A stretch of DNA of 64,000 bases, taken from assembly GCA_977862235.1 (NCBI GenBank), contig OZ374561.1, forward strand, positions 1,364,001 to 1,428,000, read 5' to 3'. Origin of the DNA: Dudresnaya verticillata. Its lineage: Eukaryota. Made by a program: the position numbers and the translations under genes. Position 1 is the stretch's first letter. Every line of letters starts with the position of its first letter. This document shows positions 12,262 to 25,026 of the stretch, in pieces. Below the pieces are notes generated by a model, which was not told the DNA's origin, made no database searches, and was given only the letters and a program-made list of their open reading frames with translations.

Positions 12262-15200
12262 TCAGTCTGACAAAAGGTCAATGACCTCATCCTCTCCAAG
12301 GGGCGGATCCGGCTGAGGAGCCGAATGGGAAATAACGACGCGGCGAACTTCACGCACCGTGCGACGGCCACGCCCCACCGGACGAGAGGCACGACCACGC
12401 TGGGTGACTGCGCCAAGCCCGCCCCCACGACTGTGAGTCGTTATGGTGTCGATCTCCATAGCATCGAAGCTGGCTGTCGGGGTTTCACCCATACCGGGGT
12501 CCACCTCGCCCTCTTCCTTAACGACTAATTCGGTCTTAACGACTACGTCGTCTGAAGACGGAACGGCCTTCTTCGCTTGAGAAGCGCCATCCTGGCCATC
12601 GACATCGAGCTTTGAGCCCGCAGTTTCCTTAGCCTGTGACACAGGTACGACTGAAACAACCCCGGTCAACACTTCCTTCGTGGCTTGAGAACCACGGCGA
12701 GGAAAGTCTGCCCCGAGGAACTCGCCCACGGGGGCGAAGCCGGGTAAACCCGTAGTTGGTGCTCCAAGGGTCGGAGCCCCGCCTGTTGCTATCGCAGTGG
12801 AAGCTGAGACGACTGCCATCGCAGGCGTGGTAACAGACTTAACAGCTGTAGCTGTGGTCTGCACGGCGGTGGCGGACGACTCCTCACGCGGAATCGCTGC
12901 GGGGTTTTCGCTCATGTTGGCACGAGGATCACCATCTTCGACTCCAGTCGACTCTTGCTTGATGCCGGGAGCACCAGCGTGGCCAATACCGCGACGCGGC
13001 TTCACGCCCCCAACCCGCGAACGGCCCGACAGGGGAGGAAGGGCGGCGAAGTGAGCCCGCAAACGCTCCATCTCGTCGGCCGGACCCGGCATCTGCAACC
13101 AATTGGACTCATAGTCCACCATGACCTCCTCCACCCAGTCTGCCAGACTATGTACGTTGAGATGACGCATGTCCCACTGGCAAGCAAGCCGGATGGCTAA
13201 ACCACGCCTATTGAAGACGTCTCTAATAACGTGGTCGGCTTTCGAATAGCCCATGGCAGGCGGGGCATGAGGTCCCTGTGGCTGTCCACCAACAGTCTCG
13301 TCGAAGACGGGAACTTACTCGGGGGTCTCGGGACCTGGTTCACGCCAACGGGAACTAACCCAACCGGCCGTCATTCCGGTCATACGAGTTCCCTCGTCAA
13401 GGATGAGTGGATTCGCCTCGGATGGCTCCGGCTGAATGAGATATTCCGGCAGCATCGGGTGCCACCTCTGCGGATCAAAACTGTGGCATAGCTGTAAGAC
13501 CAGCTGTGCCACGCACGCGCAGCTGTAAGACCAGCTGCGCCACGTGTGCACTGCTGTGCGCACGCTGTCAGCCGGTGGCGCCGAAGCCCCGCTGAACTGT
13601 AAGGGAGTGCGCAGTGGCGCCCACGTGTACACGCGTTCGCGTGTGACACTGAAACTCCCATGTAATTTCTACGTTTATTGTTTTGTAAGTGTACAGCACC
13701 CTCTAGTGTAAGCGGCGGTCGAACGCCCTGCTGTCCCGCGCGCTGTGCGCACGCACTCCGGCGCAGAGCCGTTGAGTGCGTGACACGCGCGCGCGCACTC
13801 CGGCGTCGAGCCGTTGAGTACGTGTGGACCGTTCCGCCTACGCGCGCCCCCGGGTTACCGTTACCCGTACGCGTCGACGCGTGTTGGGGCGCGCCGGCGC
13901 ACCTCCCGGGTTGGTGCCGCCGCAGGCCCTGTAGTATATCTAGTAGTCGCCCCTCTGGGCTTCAGTAAACCAAGGCAAGCCAGCCTACGCCAGGCTTGCC
14001 CTTTCTGCTTTGGGTTTCTTTCCCAGTCCTTCGCCCTACGGCTTCCCTCTTTCCCTAGCCGTCTAGGCTTTCCTTTTCCTTTCCCTACCGTCGGCTTCGT
14101 GCCGCCCCACGACGGGGACGCAGGGATCCGGCCGCTGCCGCCCGCGTACGGTACGCCCCGTGCGCGCTCAGGCTTCGACGCCGTTGATCCGCGACCGTCG
14201 ACGGCGCGCGTGGCCGACACCACCGCTCTACCACCACAGCTACCACCCTTCGACGGGTCTGGGTGCGACCGACCGACCAGCCTAGCTAGACGTCAGTTCG
14301 ACCTGACGTCTATGCCACAAAACCGACCCAATCCCCACGATTGTAAACCGGCGTCAGATGACCAGTGTTATCTGGTAGATGTCGGTTGCGCTTGGTAACT
14401 TCGCTCCAGCGAATACGTTCGACGAAGATGAGCAGAGCTTCTAAGTCCTTCTCGTCGGCTGCGTCAGCAGTTAAGTCCTTAAGGCCTAACGCCCGAATTG
14501 CGGCCCGCAATGGTTGGCCGATGAAATATAGCAGGCCGCGACGCGCCTCATACCCCAGCGTCTGAGTGACGAGAACGACCCACTCATGGCGATAAATGCT
14601 CCAGAGCACGCTGTCATCTATGGCTTTCGCCATCATTTCTAGACCAAGGTACGCGATAATCGTCGGAGTACCGACCGGCATTGAGTAGGAAACCTCGAAG
14701 TCCTTATGGTCATCAGGTACCTGCGGATACTTCCCGTTATACCACTCCGGCTTGATAGCCGTCACCTCTTGGCAATGGCAAGGGATGAGGCACCCTGTCT
14801 TGTGGCGTTGCTTCCGCTCGAAGCGAGAATGCTCTAACGGCATAGCCGTCTGGGGGTTATCCAGAGCGTATTTTAAGTTGGATGACTCATCCCACCGCAC
14901 CACGCGGGCCATTGTATGTGGGAAGTTATCCCTCCCCTTCCGAATGCGTGGACGCTCATGCATAACGAGTCGAAGGTCCCACTCGCCCCCCTGGTGAATC
15001 TCGTACAAAAGGGCGGCCTGAGAAGTTAACTTCTGCGTCAGCGCATTGCTCCACGCAATCTCATGCCGGAAGCGCACATAGGCAAGGTCCCATTGAAGAG
15101 GGTCTGCGTCGCCATCAAGGCGTGGGAGGAACCGGTTGGTACCGGTCAAGATGCCAACGCGCGTGCGCATAAGACGATTCCAAATACGGCTTTGAGCCAT

Positions 15201-15527
15201 CCTTCCCCCGATGCGGCGAACCTCCTCGCGACTAGCTCCCGCCCGCATCTTCAGATGTGTGAGGTCGGTACGCAGAAGCCAGTCGCGGCTGTGGGAGATC
15301 GCTATCGGCACGCCCGCCGCGTCCACCTCATGTCCCAAGACATTCGCACTAGAGCCGGCGGCTCCATACGCCTGTGTGGCGGCGCCATCTCGATATAGTA
15401 GGCGAGAATGCCAACGACTTGGAAGTCGTTTCCGGATCAAGTCTTCTACAGGTTCGGAGACCTTTCTCCTGATTCGCGTCGGCTCCAGAACCGACCCCGA
15501 GGGGTAGTGAGCGCGACCTGAATACTT
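12262..15527 (-). pseudogene. Long antisense accessory ORF of element 1, split by a solo LTR and one in-frame stop
   Basis: Removing 13482-14319 plus one TSD copy joins ...GDWVGF to DPQRWHPML... in frame. That frame continues past one TAA (13315-13317) into the 330-aa ORF 12262-13254. Confidence 0.8.
13482..14319 (+). mobile_element. Solo LTR (838 bp) of a third gypsy family
   Basis: Terminal inverted repeat TGTGGCATAG...CTATGCCACA, 4-bp TSD AAAC (13478-13481 and 14320-14323), and internal duplications AGCTGTAAGACCAGCTG x2 and GCACTCCGGCG..GAGCCGTTGAGT x2. Confidence 0.9.
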
Positions 15528-16058
15528 CTACGGCGCGGAAGCCGTTCTTCTGCCTGAACGTCGGCTCCAGAGCCAAGTCCAACGACTGGCGAGCACGACC
15601 TGAGAAAACGGCTGTCAGCCGGGAAGAGCGGGGCGCGCACGGCGGAGGTCGAATGGCTTGACACCGGGCGACGGCGCGCAACAGTGCGAACGCGGATGAG
15701 GAGCTCGCTCAAGCGGGGCGGATGCAAGGAGCCAAACCGGGCGGTCAGTTGAAGGGCTACGGCTGTTGGTGGGTGTGGGCACCGAAAGGGAAAAGATGGC
15801 TGCAAGCCAGCGTTAAAATATTCGTGCGCCCGTCTGGCGTTTCGCGCAATCGATACCGGTCGAGACGACGCCGACGGCTCAAGCCGTGCACACGGTGACC
15901 TGGCGCCTCGTCGAGACGGGGCCCTGGGCGGCGTTTGCAAAACGTTCTCGCTGGGCCAATGAACGGACCACAGGATCTCAATCTCAATCTCAAACGGCTA
16001 TAGCCTTTGGAAACAGCATCGCTGTACAGCTCTTTACTGAGCGCGGTCGCTCAGTTTT

Positions 16059-16068
16059 AAGAAGGGGG
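16059..16068 (+). promoter_or_regulatory. Polypurine tract of element 1
   Basis: AAGAAGGGGG lies 3 nt before the 3' LTR start. Confidence 0.85.
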
Positions 16069-16071
16069 CCG

Positions 16072-16170
16072 TGTGGTATAACGAGCGCTGGGGCGCTGTA
16101 AGGAGCCACGTGTACACGCGGCGCCTGTAAGGCGTGGCATACAGGAGTGAGATGGCTGCTCGCCATTGGA
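16072..16170 (+). repeat. 3' LTR stub of element 1
   Basis: Identical to 2568-2666 and cut off by the 5' LTR of element 2. Confidence 0.9.
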
Positions 16171-16845
16171 TGTGGTGAAGTGAGCCGTGGCGCGCATGCG
16201 GCCCACCGACGGCGAGCCAACCGTAACGGGTGATGTGGCAATACGCCACGCTGATGATCTGGCAACGTGTAACCGTGTCGGATGTTGTGCGCATTGCTGT
16301 ACGCCGGTACGCATTGCTGTACAGCAGTGAAGCGCACCAACCATACCGGAGTATTTGTAGTGTTTATTCTTTATTTTTAGTGAGTATCTGTACAGTATGT
16401 AGAGTAGTGCGCCAGCCAATGAGAATGCTGCACATGTCCGTGTCGGAGATTGGGACCAGCAGGGCCGATGCCACCATGGGTCCAGACCACTAGGGTCTGG
16501 CCCCCACGGACCGGACCGCTCGGTGCCACCCTAACTTGTATATCAGAGCGGCACCGCAACGGCTCCTAAGGTAAACGGGTAAGCAACCTTAGCCCAATCC
16601 TTTACTGTTTTCCCCGCGCCGAGCCCGTTGCGGTCTACCACCACCACCGTTACGGAGTCCGTCCCGGCACTTGTACCACCCCCTTGTCTGTTGCTTCACA
16701 ATATCCGCCTCGGTTAGCCGCTAGCTGTTCTCCCGCTACGGTGCGAACTGCTCTACCACCCCGTGGAGATAGTGTTGCTCTCGTCCGTTAAGGAAAGTCA
16801 GGCCAGCTGTCCGTCTCGGAGTTCGTGGGTTTTCACTACACCACA
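16171..16845 (+). repeat. 5' LTR of element 2 (675 bp)
   Basis: TGTGGTG...CACCACA. The first 485 bp recur at 25040-25524 with 3 substitutions seen by eye. Confidence 0.92.
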
Positions 16846-16850
16846 TCTTT

Positions 16851-16868
16851 TGGTCTCCCGACCTAGAA
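16851..16868 (+). promoter_or_regulatory. Primer-binding site of element 2
   Basis: TGGTCTCCCGACCTAGAA, 5 nt after the LTR end and identical to the element 1 PBS. Confidence 0.85.
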
Positions 16869-16993
16869 CACCGTTACGGTTGGAAGAAACAGCCGTCGAA
16901 ATCCGCTACGGTAGGAATTCGGCTGTACCGACAACCCGTTACGGAATATTGGATAGACAAGCAAGAACAACCGTTGTGTTCCGTTAAGGCATC

Positions 16994-19441
16994 ATGCAGA
17001 ACGAAGAACACGCAGACCCTCCCGTTACGGAACCTAAAGCGGGTGATACTACCCCTGCTGCGCGCAGTCTGCGCAGTGAAGGAGGTGAAATCCGTTCCGG
17101 AGTGGAGAACCCAGAAGACATCCTAAAGGGTGCTGCTGGTAAAGCTCCCCGTTCCCGTGTCGGATCAGACGCCTCCAAGAAGGCAGCTCCGCAACCCAAG
17201 CCGGAATCCCATCGGTTCCACTGGGTCCTGTCGGAGGTCCTTCCTAGGGTGTTAGAGCATCTCCGATTGGAAGTACAACCTGGAATGTTAAAAGAGGTGG
17301 AGATATCCCTCTCGGAAACTGTTCCGTCTTTGGTTAGTTCGTATCTGGAGCATGACCTTCCTCGGATAGTGCAAGCTTTGATCCTACAGGAAAAGGTGGC
17401 CGCCGAGCTCGAGAGCCAGATTGCTCCCGGCATGGCAAGGCCCCCCGCTACGGAAGCTTTTACTGAGCAACCACCGTTACGGAATGACTTCCCGGTCGAG
17501 GGAAGAATGCAGCAGCCGCAACAACCCCCCGTTATGGGATTGCCGCCGGGCACAGTACCCTCTGGGCCACTGGCACCGGCTCCCGTAACGGATTCTCAAC
17601 ATCAATACGCCCCTACGGGACCAACACACACTCAGCCACCGTTACGGTATTCACCTGGACACGTATATATGCCTACGCCAGGGCGCTATCAGCAAGAGCG
17701 CTATACCGTTCCGGTTCGATCAGGTGGAGGCAGCGACCATCTCAGCGATGCGTCCAGCTCACCCCATCCGAGTCGGAGGACCGGTCGAGGTCGGCATAAA
17801 CGAGATGCCCGACACTCCCGCTCTGACCCTCCCCGTCGGTCGCACATGGGCGACCACACCCAGCGACGACGCCACCAATCCGGTAAGGAATCCAATGAGA
17901 GAAGCTCAGAGGATAGCCAACACCGCCGCCGCAAGAGGAGAAACAGAAGATCGCGGAAACGCGAAAAAGGGCATGACTCCTCTACCTCTACGGATTCAGA
18001 CTCAGAGAGTCCTTCCGTAACGGATAGAGAGAATAGGCACCGGGCCAGAAAACACGGTGCCAGATCCGGAAAGGTGAAGGTAATCCGGCCGCTACATGAC
18101 AAGTTTGTCAAGGCGCTAGATTACCGCACCTACCGATTGGATAAGAGGAGTAAGACATACGGCTCTAAGTTCTCACAGAACATGAGCCGTATACGGAAGA
18201 AACTCGACGTCCAGATGTCGTCCCATACATTCGATGGGACGGACCCTATTACCGTCTTGGGATTTCTCGCCAAGTTCCGTGACGGTTGTAACATCAACGG
18301 CATCGCCGAAGGGGTTGCCGTCTGGTGCTTCCAGTTTTTCCTGAAAGGACAGGCCGAAGCCCTTCTACAGGCTAGGCTTGCTGGAGGTACCATGGCGGTT
18401 GACGTGGAGCAGGCCGAGATGCTCCGCACATATTCCGAGCTGGTGAACTTTTTATTGAGAACCTACGCTACGGATGAAGTGATTGCGGAAGCCTATACGG
18501 ATGTCAGCAACTTCAGGCAAACATCCGCCATGACGGAAGAGCAGTTCTCGAACCAGCTCTGGGCCAAGGCTCTCCGTTGCGGTACAGTTGAAGGACTCCT
18601 ACCGGGTACTCGTCAACAGATGAGAAAATATCTAGCGACGCATTCCCAGTTGGATTATCAGGCCATCACTCGCTATGCGACGGGCCTGGGTCAGTCCCAT
18701 CGGGCAGCTCGACGCCAAACCGTTCCGGCTCACGTCTTTGATGGGCGCACTAAAGCGCGCCCGTCTAAGGTGTTGTCGCTGGATTCCGTATCGGATGTAC
18801 ACTATGAGCCGCAAGGGAATCTTTCCGCTACGGATAATCAAGTGCTAGCCGTCGAGGGAGGCCACGGTGCCGCTACGGGAACGAGCACGGGGGTTACCTT
18901 TTCTACCCCGTACTCCTCGCCCCCGCAAAGCGTCCACCCTACTCCGTCCAGGATGCCACGCGCGCAAGGTCCCCCCTATGGTGGATCTCGCCCGGCTCCT
19001 GGCCCCCAACAGCAGCCAAGTCACCGTTACGGAAATAATGCCCACGATGGGCGAGGATAGCAGCAACCAGCATCTCCGCTACGGGATGAGTCGGATCCTC
19101 GGGTCCGACGCCTTTACGGAAGTGGTAACTGTCGCATCTGCCTTTCGCCAGAGCACGTTGTTTGCCCATGGATACATGACGCCGATCGGGTTAGGCTTAT
19201 GGAAGAGCGCGAGCGCAACTTCCAGAAGCACTACCCTGTAGGTCGCAGATTCGTAGTGGGAACCAGTTCGAATCCGCAAGGGAATCGGGGCAGATCGCAA
19301 ACGCCCCCTCCGCAACGGAATGCCCCGATACTATCGGTGGAGGACCATGACGGAGTGGAACTCGCAGAATTGCGCGAGCCCATGGAGGCGGATCCGACTG
19401 GTGCAACCTTGAATTCGGAAAACTCAAGGGGGGATGCGTAA
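16994..19441 (+). pseudogene. gag: gag of element 2 with one premature TAG (19058-19060)
   Basis: Capsid-like motif FDGTDPITVLGFL. The same frame continues after the TAG through CRICLSPEHVVC (knuckle-like) to a TAA at 19441. Confidence 0.85.
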
Positions 19442-22400
19442 GGGCGCCGCCATCCCCGCCTCACGGCGTTCCACCTCTCGCGAGTGTGGACCCGCCAGGG
19501 GATCGGCGAGATACCGTTACGGAACTCCCATTGGCTTATCAGACCAATGACACTATCTTCTTTATGCAACATCAAAATTACAAGATGCAAATTACCGCGG
19601 GACGGACAGATAGCGTGATGCTTCCTTTAATCTCCGTCTTGGACTCCGGCGCTGGGCCCAATCTCATTAGTGCCAGGCGCCTTCCGCGCCAATGGCTCCC
19701 ACTCATACGCCCAGCAGCCAGTCCTCCATTACGGGATGCGTCTAATCGCGCTATACGCCCTCTTGGTCAGATACAACTTTTCGTCCGTATCGGAGAGCTC
19801 CATGCTCGCGTCCAGTTTCTAGTGGTCGCGAACTTGGCGGCTCCCTGTATTTTGGGAACTACCTTCATCGACCGCTACGTGAAGGCAATACTCCCTCCGT
19901 TACGGAAAGTTGTTTTTCATCATTACCCACCGGTATCCCTTGTTGGTCAAGCCAAAATTCCGAAGACGGGAACCACTGCAACCCTGCAGCCCTCACCTCT
20001 TTCTACCGCTACGGTTTCTCAGAAAATTCGTTTAGCAAAATCTACCCTTATTCCCCCTATGACTCAAACCACCGTAACGGTTAATACCCCCACGGGTGGG
20101 TTATGCTTTCTACAAAATCATCCTATGCCGGCTTTTAAGCACCTTACGTTAATGGCTAATGGTATTATGGATGTTGTACCTAACAAACCGTTTCGGATCT
20201 GGGTCTCTAAGTTTTCTAACAAGCCGGTACGGTTGCCCAAATCTACTGTAGTGGGCCTCGCTACTGCTGCCCCCTCTGCTATTTTTACCGTTGACGGTAT
20301 ACCTCCATTTAAGGAGGGGGAAGGAATTATTCAATCATTTAATTCTAACCCTACCTCCGAAAAGGCCAGCAGCATCTCCCCTCACGACAAGGAAGTAAGC
20401 AAACCCGTAACGGATAATACAAATACTACCGACTGGAAGGATCAAGTCCAGATCGGCACAGAAGAAGCATCGCTCCGCAAACGGATTTTAACCCTACTCG
20501 AGGAATATAAGTCGATGTGGAGTGGCGATCTTGGCAACATTACAGCTGCCAAGCACTGCATCGAGTTAACTCCCGGAGCTAAGCCAGTATACCAAGCCCC
20601 ATACCGTGCCGGACATAAGCAGCGAGATCTCGAAAAGACAGAGATCGATCGCATGCTTTCCGCTAAGGTAATTGAACCAGCCTCATCGTAGTGGGCCAGC
20701 CCCGTGGTTTTCGTTCCAAAAAAGGACGGCACCATGCGGTTCTGTGTTGACTATAGAAGGCTCAATTCCGTAACGGTTAGGGACTCATATCCCTTGCCCA
20801 GGATGGATGAGTGCATAGATTCCCTTGGGGAAGCTACTGTATTTACCACCCTGGATTGCAATAGCGGATATTGGCAAGTCGAGATTCCGGAAGAGGAAAG
20901 GGACAAAACTACCTTCACTAGCCACTTTGGCTTATACCGTTTTCGGAGAATGCCATTCGGATTGAAAAATGCACCGGCAACCTTCCAACGGGCAGTGGAT
21001 ATAATCCTTTCTACGGTTAAATGGCAATTTGCCCTCGTCTACCTAGACGATGTAATTGTCTACTCAAAAACCGTTACGGAACATTTCCACGACCTGAAGG
21101 AAGTCCTTACGCTTTTACCATCCGCTGGGGTAACGTTGAAATTGTCAAAGTGTGACTTCTTCAACGCGTCTGTACAATACCTGGGGCATGTTATCCGTCC
21201 CGGAAAATTAGAAGTGGATAATCGGAATATCCAATCCGTTAAGGTCGCGAAGCCACCGACTAACCAAACGGAATTGCGATCCTTCTTGGGAATGTGCAAC
21301 GTGTATCGTTGTTTTGTACCCAACTTCGCTCGGATTTCAGCACCGCTAAATAAGAAAACCGGCAAGGGCTCACCCTTTGAGTTTGAGATTTTATCCGATA
21401 CGGAATATGAAGCCTTCGAGGAACTGAAGAGACGCCTTATATCTCCACCTATATTGGCTCTACCCCGTCACGGATATAAATATACGTTGGACACTGACGC
21501 ATGTGACCACCAAGTTGGCTGTGTCCTTCTGCAAGAACAACCGAATGGTGATCACCTCCCTATTGGATACTGGAGCCGAAGCCTCACCGATGCGGAGAAA
21601 AATTATACGACAACCGAAAAGGAATGCTTAGCCGTGGTCTGGAGCATGTTAACACTCCGACCATACCTTTACGGTGACAAGTTTATTCTCCGAACGGATC
21701 ACGATGCCCTGCGGTGGATCCTGAACCTCGCAGACTCATCTGGCCGCCTTGCCAGGTGGAGGCTCCGCCTATCGGAATTTGAATTTGAGGTGCAATACCG
21801 TCCTGGAATTAAGCACCAACTCGCCGATGGGATGTCGCGACTCCGAACGGATGGCGGTGACGATAGACCTTTGGATGAAGAGATACCCTGCTTTATCGCC
21901 GAAAATACCGTCGACGGATTATATGAACATGGAGTTTATTTAACCGATTGGGCTACATCACAAGAAACCGCTACGGAAAATAACGTAATATGCGCCGTGG
22001 AGCCCGCCAGTGAGAGCGCATCCGCCCCCCCTGACAAGCCCGACGCAATACCGTCACGGTTTACTGTAATCCAAGAATCCGACGTTAAGGATGAGACCAT
22101 TACCAGGGAGGAGTTCCTCCAAGCGCAAGCCAGAGACCCTTTCTGCCGTCTCAAAGCCGATACGGTAGGCTCCCCTGGATCACAGTTTGACTATGACCGT
22201 AACGGATTCTTGGTACGCAAGTCCCAATTGGATGGCGCTGTACAGAAGGTGGTGCCAAGCGAACTCCGTGGACGGGTATTGTATTTATCCCACTACACCC
22301 TGATGTCGGGTCACCCAGGCGGAATTAAGATGTATTATACACTCCGACAGGATTATTATTGGCCTCATATGGCCAACGATGTATTTGAATCCGTTCGGAC

Positions 22401-23751
22401 ATGTCGCTTCTGCGTGAAGACAAAGGGAACCCACTTTCGGAATCAAAGGTTTATGAAACTTTTCCCCGCTAGCGGACCTTTGGAGTTTGTCGCTATCGAC
22501 ATTCTCGGGCCACTTCCGAAGACAAAACGGGGTTATGTCTACGTCTTGGTAATTACCGATCGGTTCTCTAAGCTGACGCGCTGTATTCCGTTACGGACAA
22601 CAACAGCCGTTGTGGTGGCTAACGCCTTTCTGGACTTTTGGGTGCACGCCTACGGCGCACCCCAATTTGTCCTAACCGATAACGGACCGCAGTTTACTGC
22701 TAAGTTCTTCGACGCGGTGTGTTCCTTACTCGGAGTCAGGCACCTGCTCACCGCTGCCTACCATCCGCAGACAAATGGGCAAGCTGAGCGATTTAATAAG
22801 ACAATCGCCCAACGTTTGCGCCATTACGTTGAGGATCATCACTCCGATTGGGATTTGTACCTGCAACCGTTGACGTATGCGTACAACATGCAGGTACACC
22901 GTATTACGGAAACGACGCCATTTGATTTGGTACTGACACGCCACCCATCGGATATTGTTGTACGAGGGGCTCCTGTCGAGCATCAAGAAACCGTTACGGA
23001 AGGGCGTATGACCCCGGTGCTACAGAAGCGGAGCACCATGCGCCGTTTACGGTACGCGCTCCAGACAGCGCGCACGAAGCAGACAGTGGCTCAGCAAAAA
23101 GCCAAGGCACTGTTTGACCGTAAGGTGCGCTTTAGGCCCATAATCCGAAGCGGAGATCAAGTCTATGTCGACCGGCCGCATAACTTGCGGCCGGCCGAAC
23201 GCCGTGAGCGGGACCGATTGGAAGGAAAACCGGACGATGTGGGCGAAGTGGCTCAGGAAATGAAGAAACTCCTTCCGAGAGCCACGGGGCCTTATGAAGT
23301 GGAATCCGCAACGGAACATGTCGTTACAATCCGCAAGGAAGGGGTATTGATCCCCGTAAGTATCGATCGCATCACGAAAGTTCCGATCGGAGTTGCGGTT
23401 CAGCCGGCACCCTTAACAGTGCCGTCTGTCACGCCATCAACCGTCTACGGAGAAGTAGTGCCAAATCCAGAAGGTACTACAGTAGTCCCTCAATCAGAAG
23501 GTACTACTCCCTCCGCGACGGAACCACTGCAAGCCGATACGGAATATGTGATCGACAAGATTGTCGGTCACCGTGACGAACCGACTGGGATGACGTACAA
23601 AGTCCGCTGGTACGGCTACCCTCCGGATCAGGACAGCTACGAACCCGCCGAGGAATTGCCGCAGAACTTTATCTACCGCTATTGGAAACAAAAACGAAAG
23701 AGCTCCGCTAAGGGAAAACCTCTGCGACGCGCAGGCAAGGCGCGCCGCTAA
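19420..23751 (+). pseudogene. pol: pol of element 2: PR-RT-RH-IN-chromodomain, with one premature TAG (20689-20691)
   Basis: Motifs LDSGAG, YLDD, DTDAC, HHCC, DDE, GPY and YVIDKIVGH...YKVRWYGY...DSYEP. ORFs 19486-20691 and 20704-23751 are in the same frame (ASS*WASP). Confidence 0.95.
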
Positions 23752-24330
23752 CCGTAACGGAAGACAAGCCACTGTAGCTTGGGGCAATCGCAACTCTCCG
23801 CGTTTTGGCGACACAGTTACGGGAACTGACTCTTGTCGACATCTGCTACCGTTACGGGATGTTGTTGTCGCTCATACTGGGGGAAACCGCTCCGTCACGG
23901 CTTTTGTCAGCGTGAGTCGCGTATCCTACCGGGAACCCGACCCATTTCCCGAAACGGCACTCTCGCATTGCCGCAGTATCGCAGTCGGCATAATCCGCCG
24001 AGGTTTCACCGCTTCCGCGGCACTCTTCCGTCACGGAACTCGCTCTGGACACCCCGGCAGAGCCGTTACGGTGTTCGTCGTAGCAATTCCGGGAGGGGCA
24101 CGCCTTTTTCTTGCGATGGGCGGCCGCCCCAGCACGTTTGGGCTAAGAACGGCCCCTTCCGCGACGGTACAGGAAAATTCCTCGGTCTCATTATTCTTCT
24201 CAGAGTCCCGGGGAATATATTAATATTGATGTTAATATTAATATTTTCAATATATCATTATATTGAAAATAATATATTAACACCGTCGCGGGTTGGGTTC
24301 ATCTCAAGAGGAAGAGGTTCGTGGTGTGTC

Positions 24331-24906
24331 TCATAAGGGCAGGAGTGAAGGTATTCGCCTGTAACCGCTACGGGTGCGCGCCATCGGCATCCAAGAGCCG
24401 GACGTCGGCGTCATGCTCCGCACTCGCACCCGCGACCGTTTCGGAGTACTGCCTGACGTATATGGGCTTGAACCCAGGTTCGGCATCGGGGTTGAGATTG
24501 GAGTCGATGGCGCCCGTAACGGAATCGCGGGTAGGTCCGCCAAGTTGAGCTCCTCCCCACCACGTCGGATCTCCTCGTCGTCATCCTTGGTCGCATCTTC
24601 TCCGCGACGGTGTGTCGCTACATTCCATGACGGGGTGCTCCTTTTGCCTGGGCCAGCAGCAAACCGATTCGGATCGTAGACAGACCAGCCGCAGCCCGCC
24701 GATAGTGCCTGGGATGGTTCCGCTGCGGAAACACCCACGCGACCACTCGTCGTGCGTGGTGCCACAACCGCCGCGGGCGAGGCCTGCGCTTGCGTCGAAG
24801 CATCCGTAACGGTAGGTGCACCCGGCGCTCTCGTCGTCGAGCCCGTGCGGGTACGCCGTGTCGGTTGAAAGGGGGAAGGGGAGCGCTTGCTCTTCTCCCC
24901 TGTCAT
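24331..24906 (-). CDS. Possible antisense ORF in the 3' region of element 2 (191 aa, low complexity)
   Basis: ATG-initiated ORF in the same position and orientation as the element 1 antisense ORF. No recognisable domain. Confidence 0.3.
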   Translation of the reverse strand: MTGEKSKRSPSPFQPTRRTRTGSTTRAPGAPTVTDASTQAQASPAAVVAPRTTSGRVGVSAAEPSQALSAGCGWSVYDPNRFAAGPGKRSTPSWNVATHRRGEDATKDDDEEIRRGGEELNLADLPAIPLRAPSTPISTPMPNLGSSPYTSGSTPKRSRVRVRSMTPTSGSWMPMARTRSGYRRIPSLLPL

Positions 24907-25026
24907 ATTGGAAGCGGGCGCACGAAGGAGGAGGAAGAGTTGAGGAAGATAACCGTATCAGTTGTGTGTGGGTGTGGCAGCAAAGGTAATCCGTGACGGT
25001 GGGCGCCCGAGGACGTGGCGCCATTT

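Larger units (their letters stand above)
2568..16170 (+). mobile_element. Ty3/gypsy chromovirus-like LTR retrotransposon, element 1 (3' LTR interrupted by element 2)
   Basis: 5' LTR 2568-3207, PBS at 3209, gag, PR-RT-RH-IN-chromodomain order, PPT 16059-16068, and a 3' LTR stub 16072-16170 identical to 2568-2666. Confidence 0.95.

Noticed and set aside
19058..20691. Stop-codon readthrough at the TAGs in element 2 gag (19058) and pol (20689)
   Set aside because: Both are best explained as single substitutions from sense codons. Element 1 has Glu at the equivalent pol position (ARSEFSSP).
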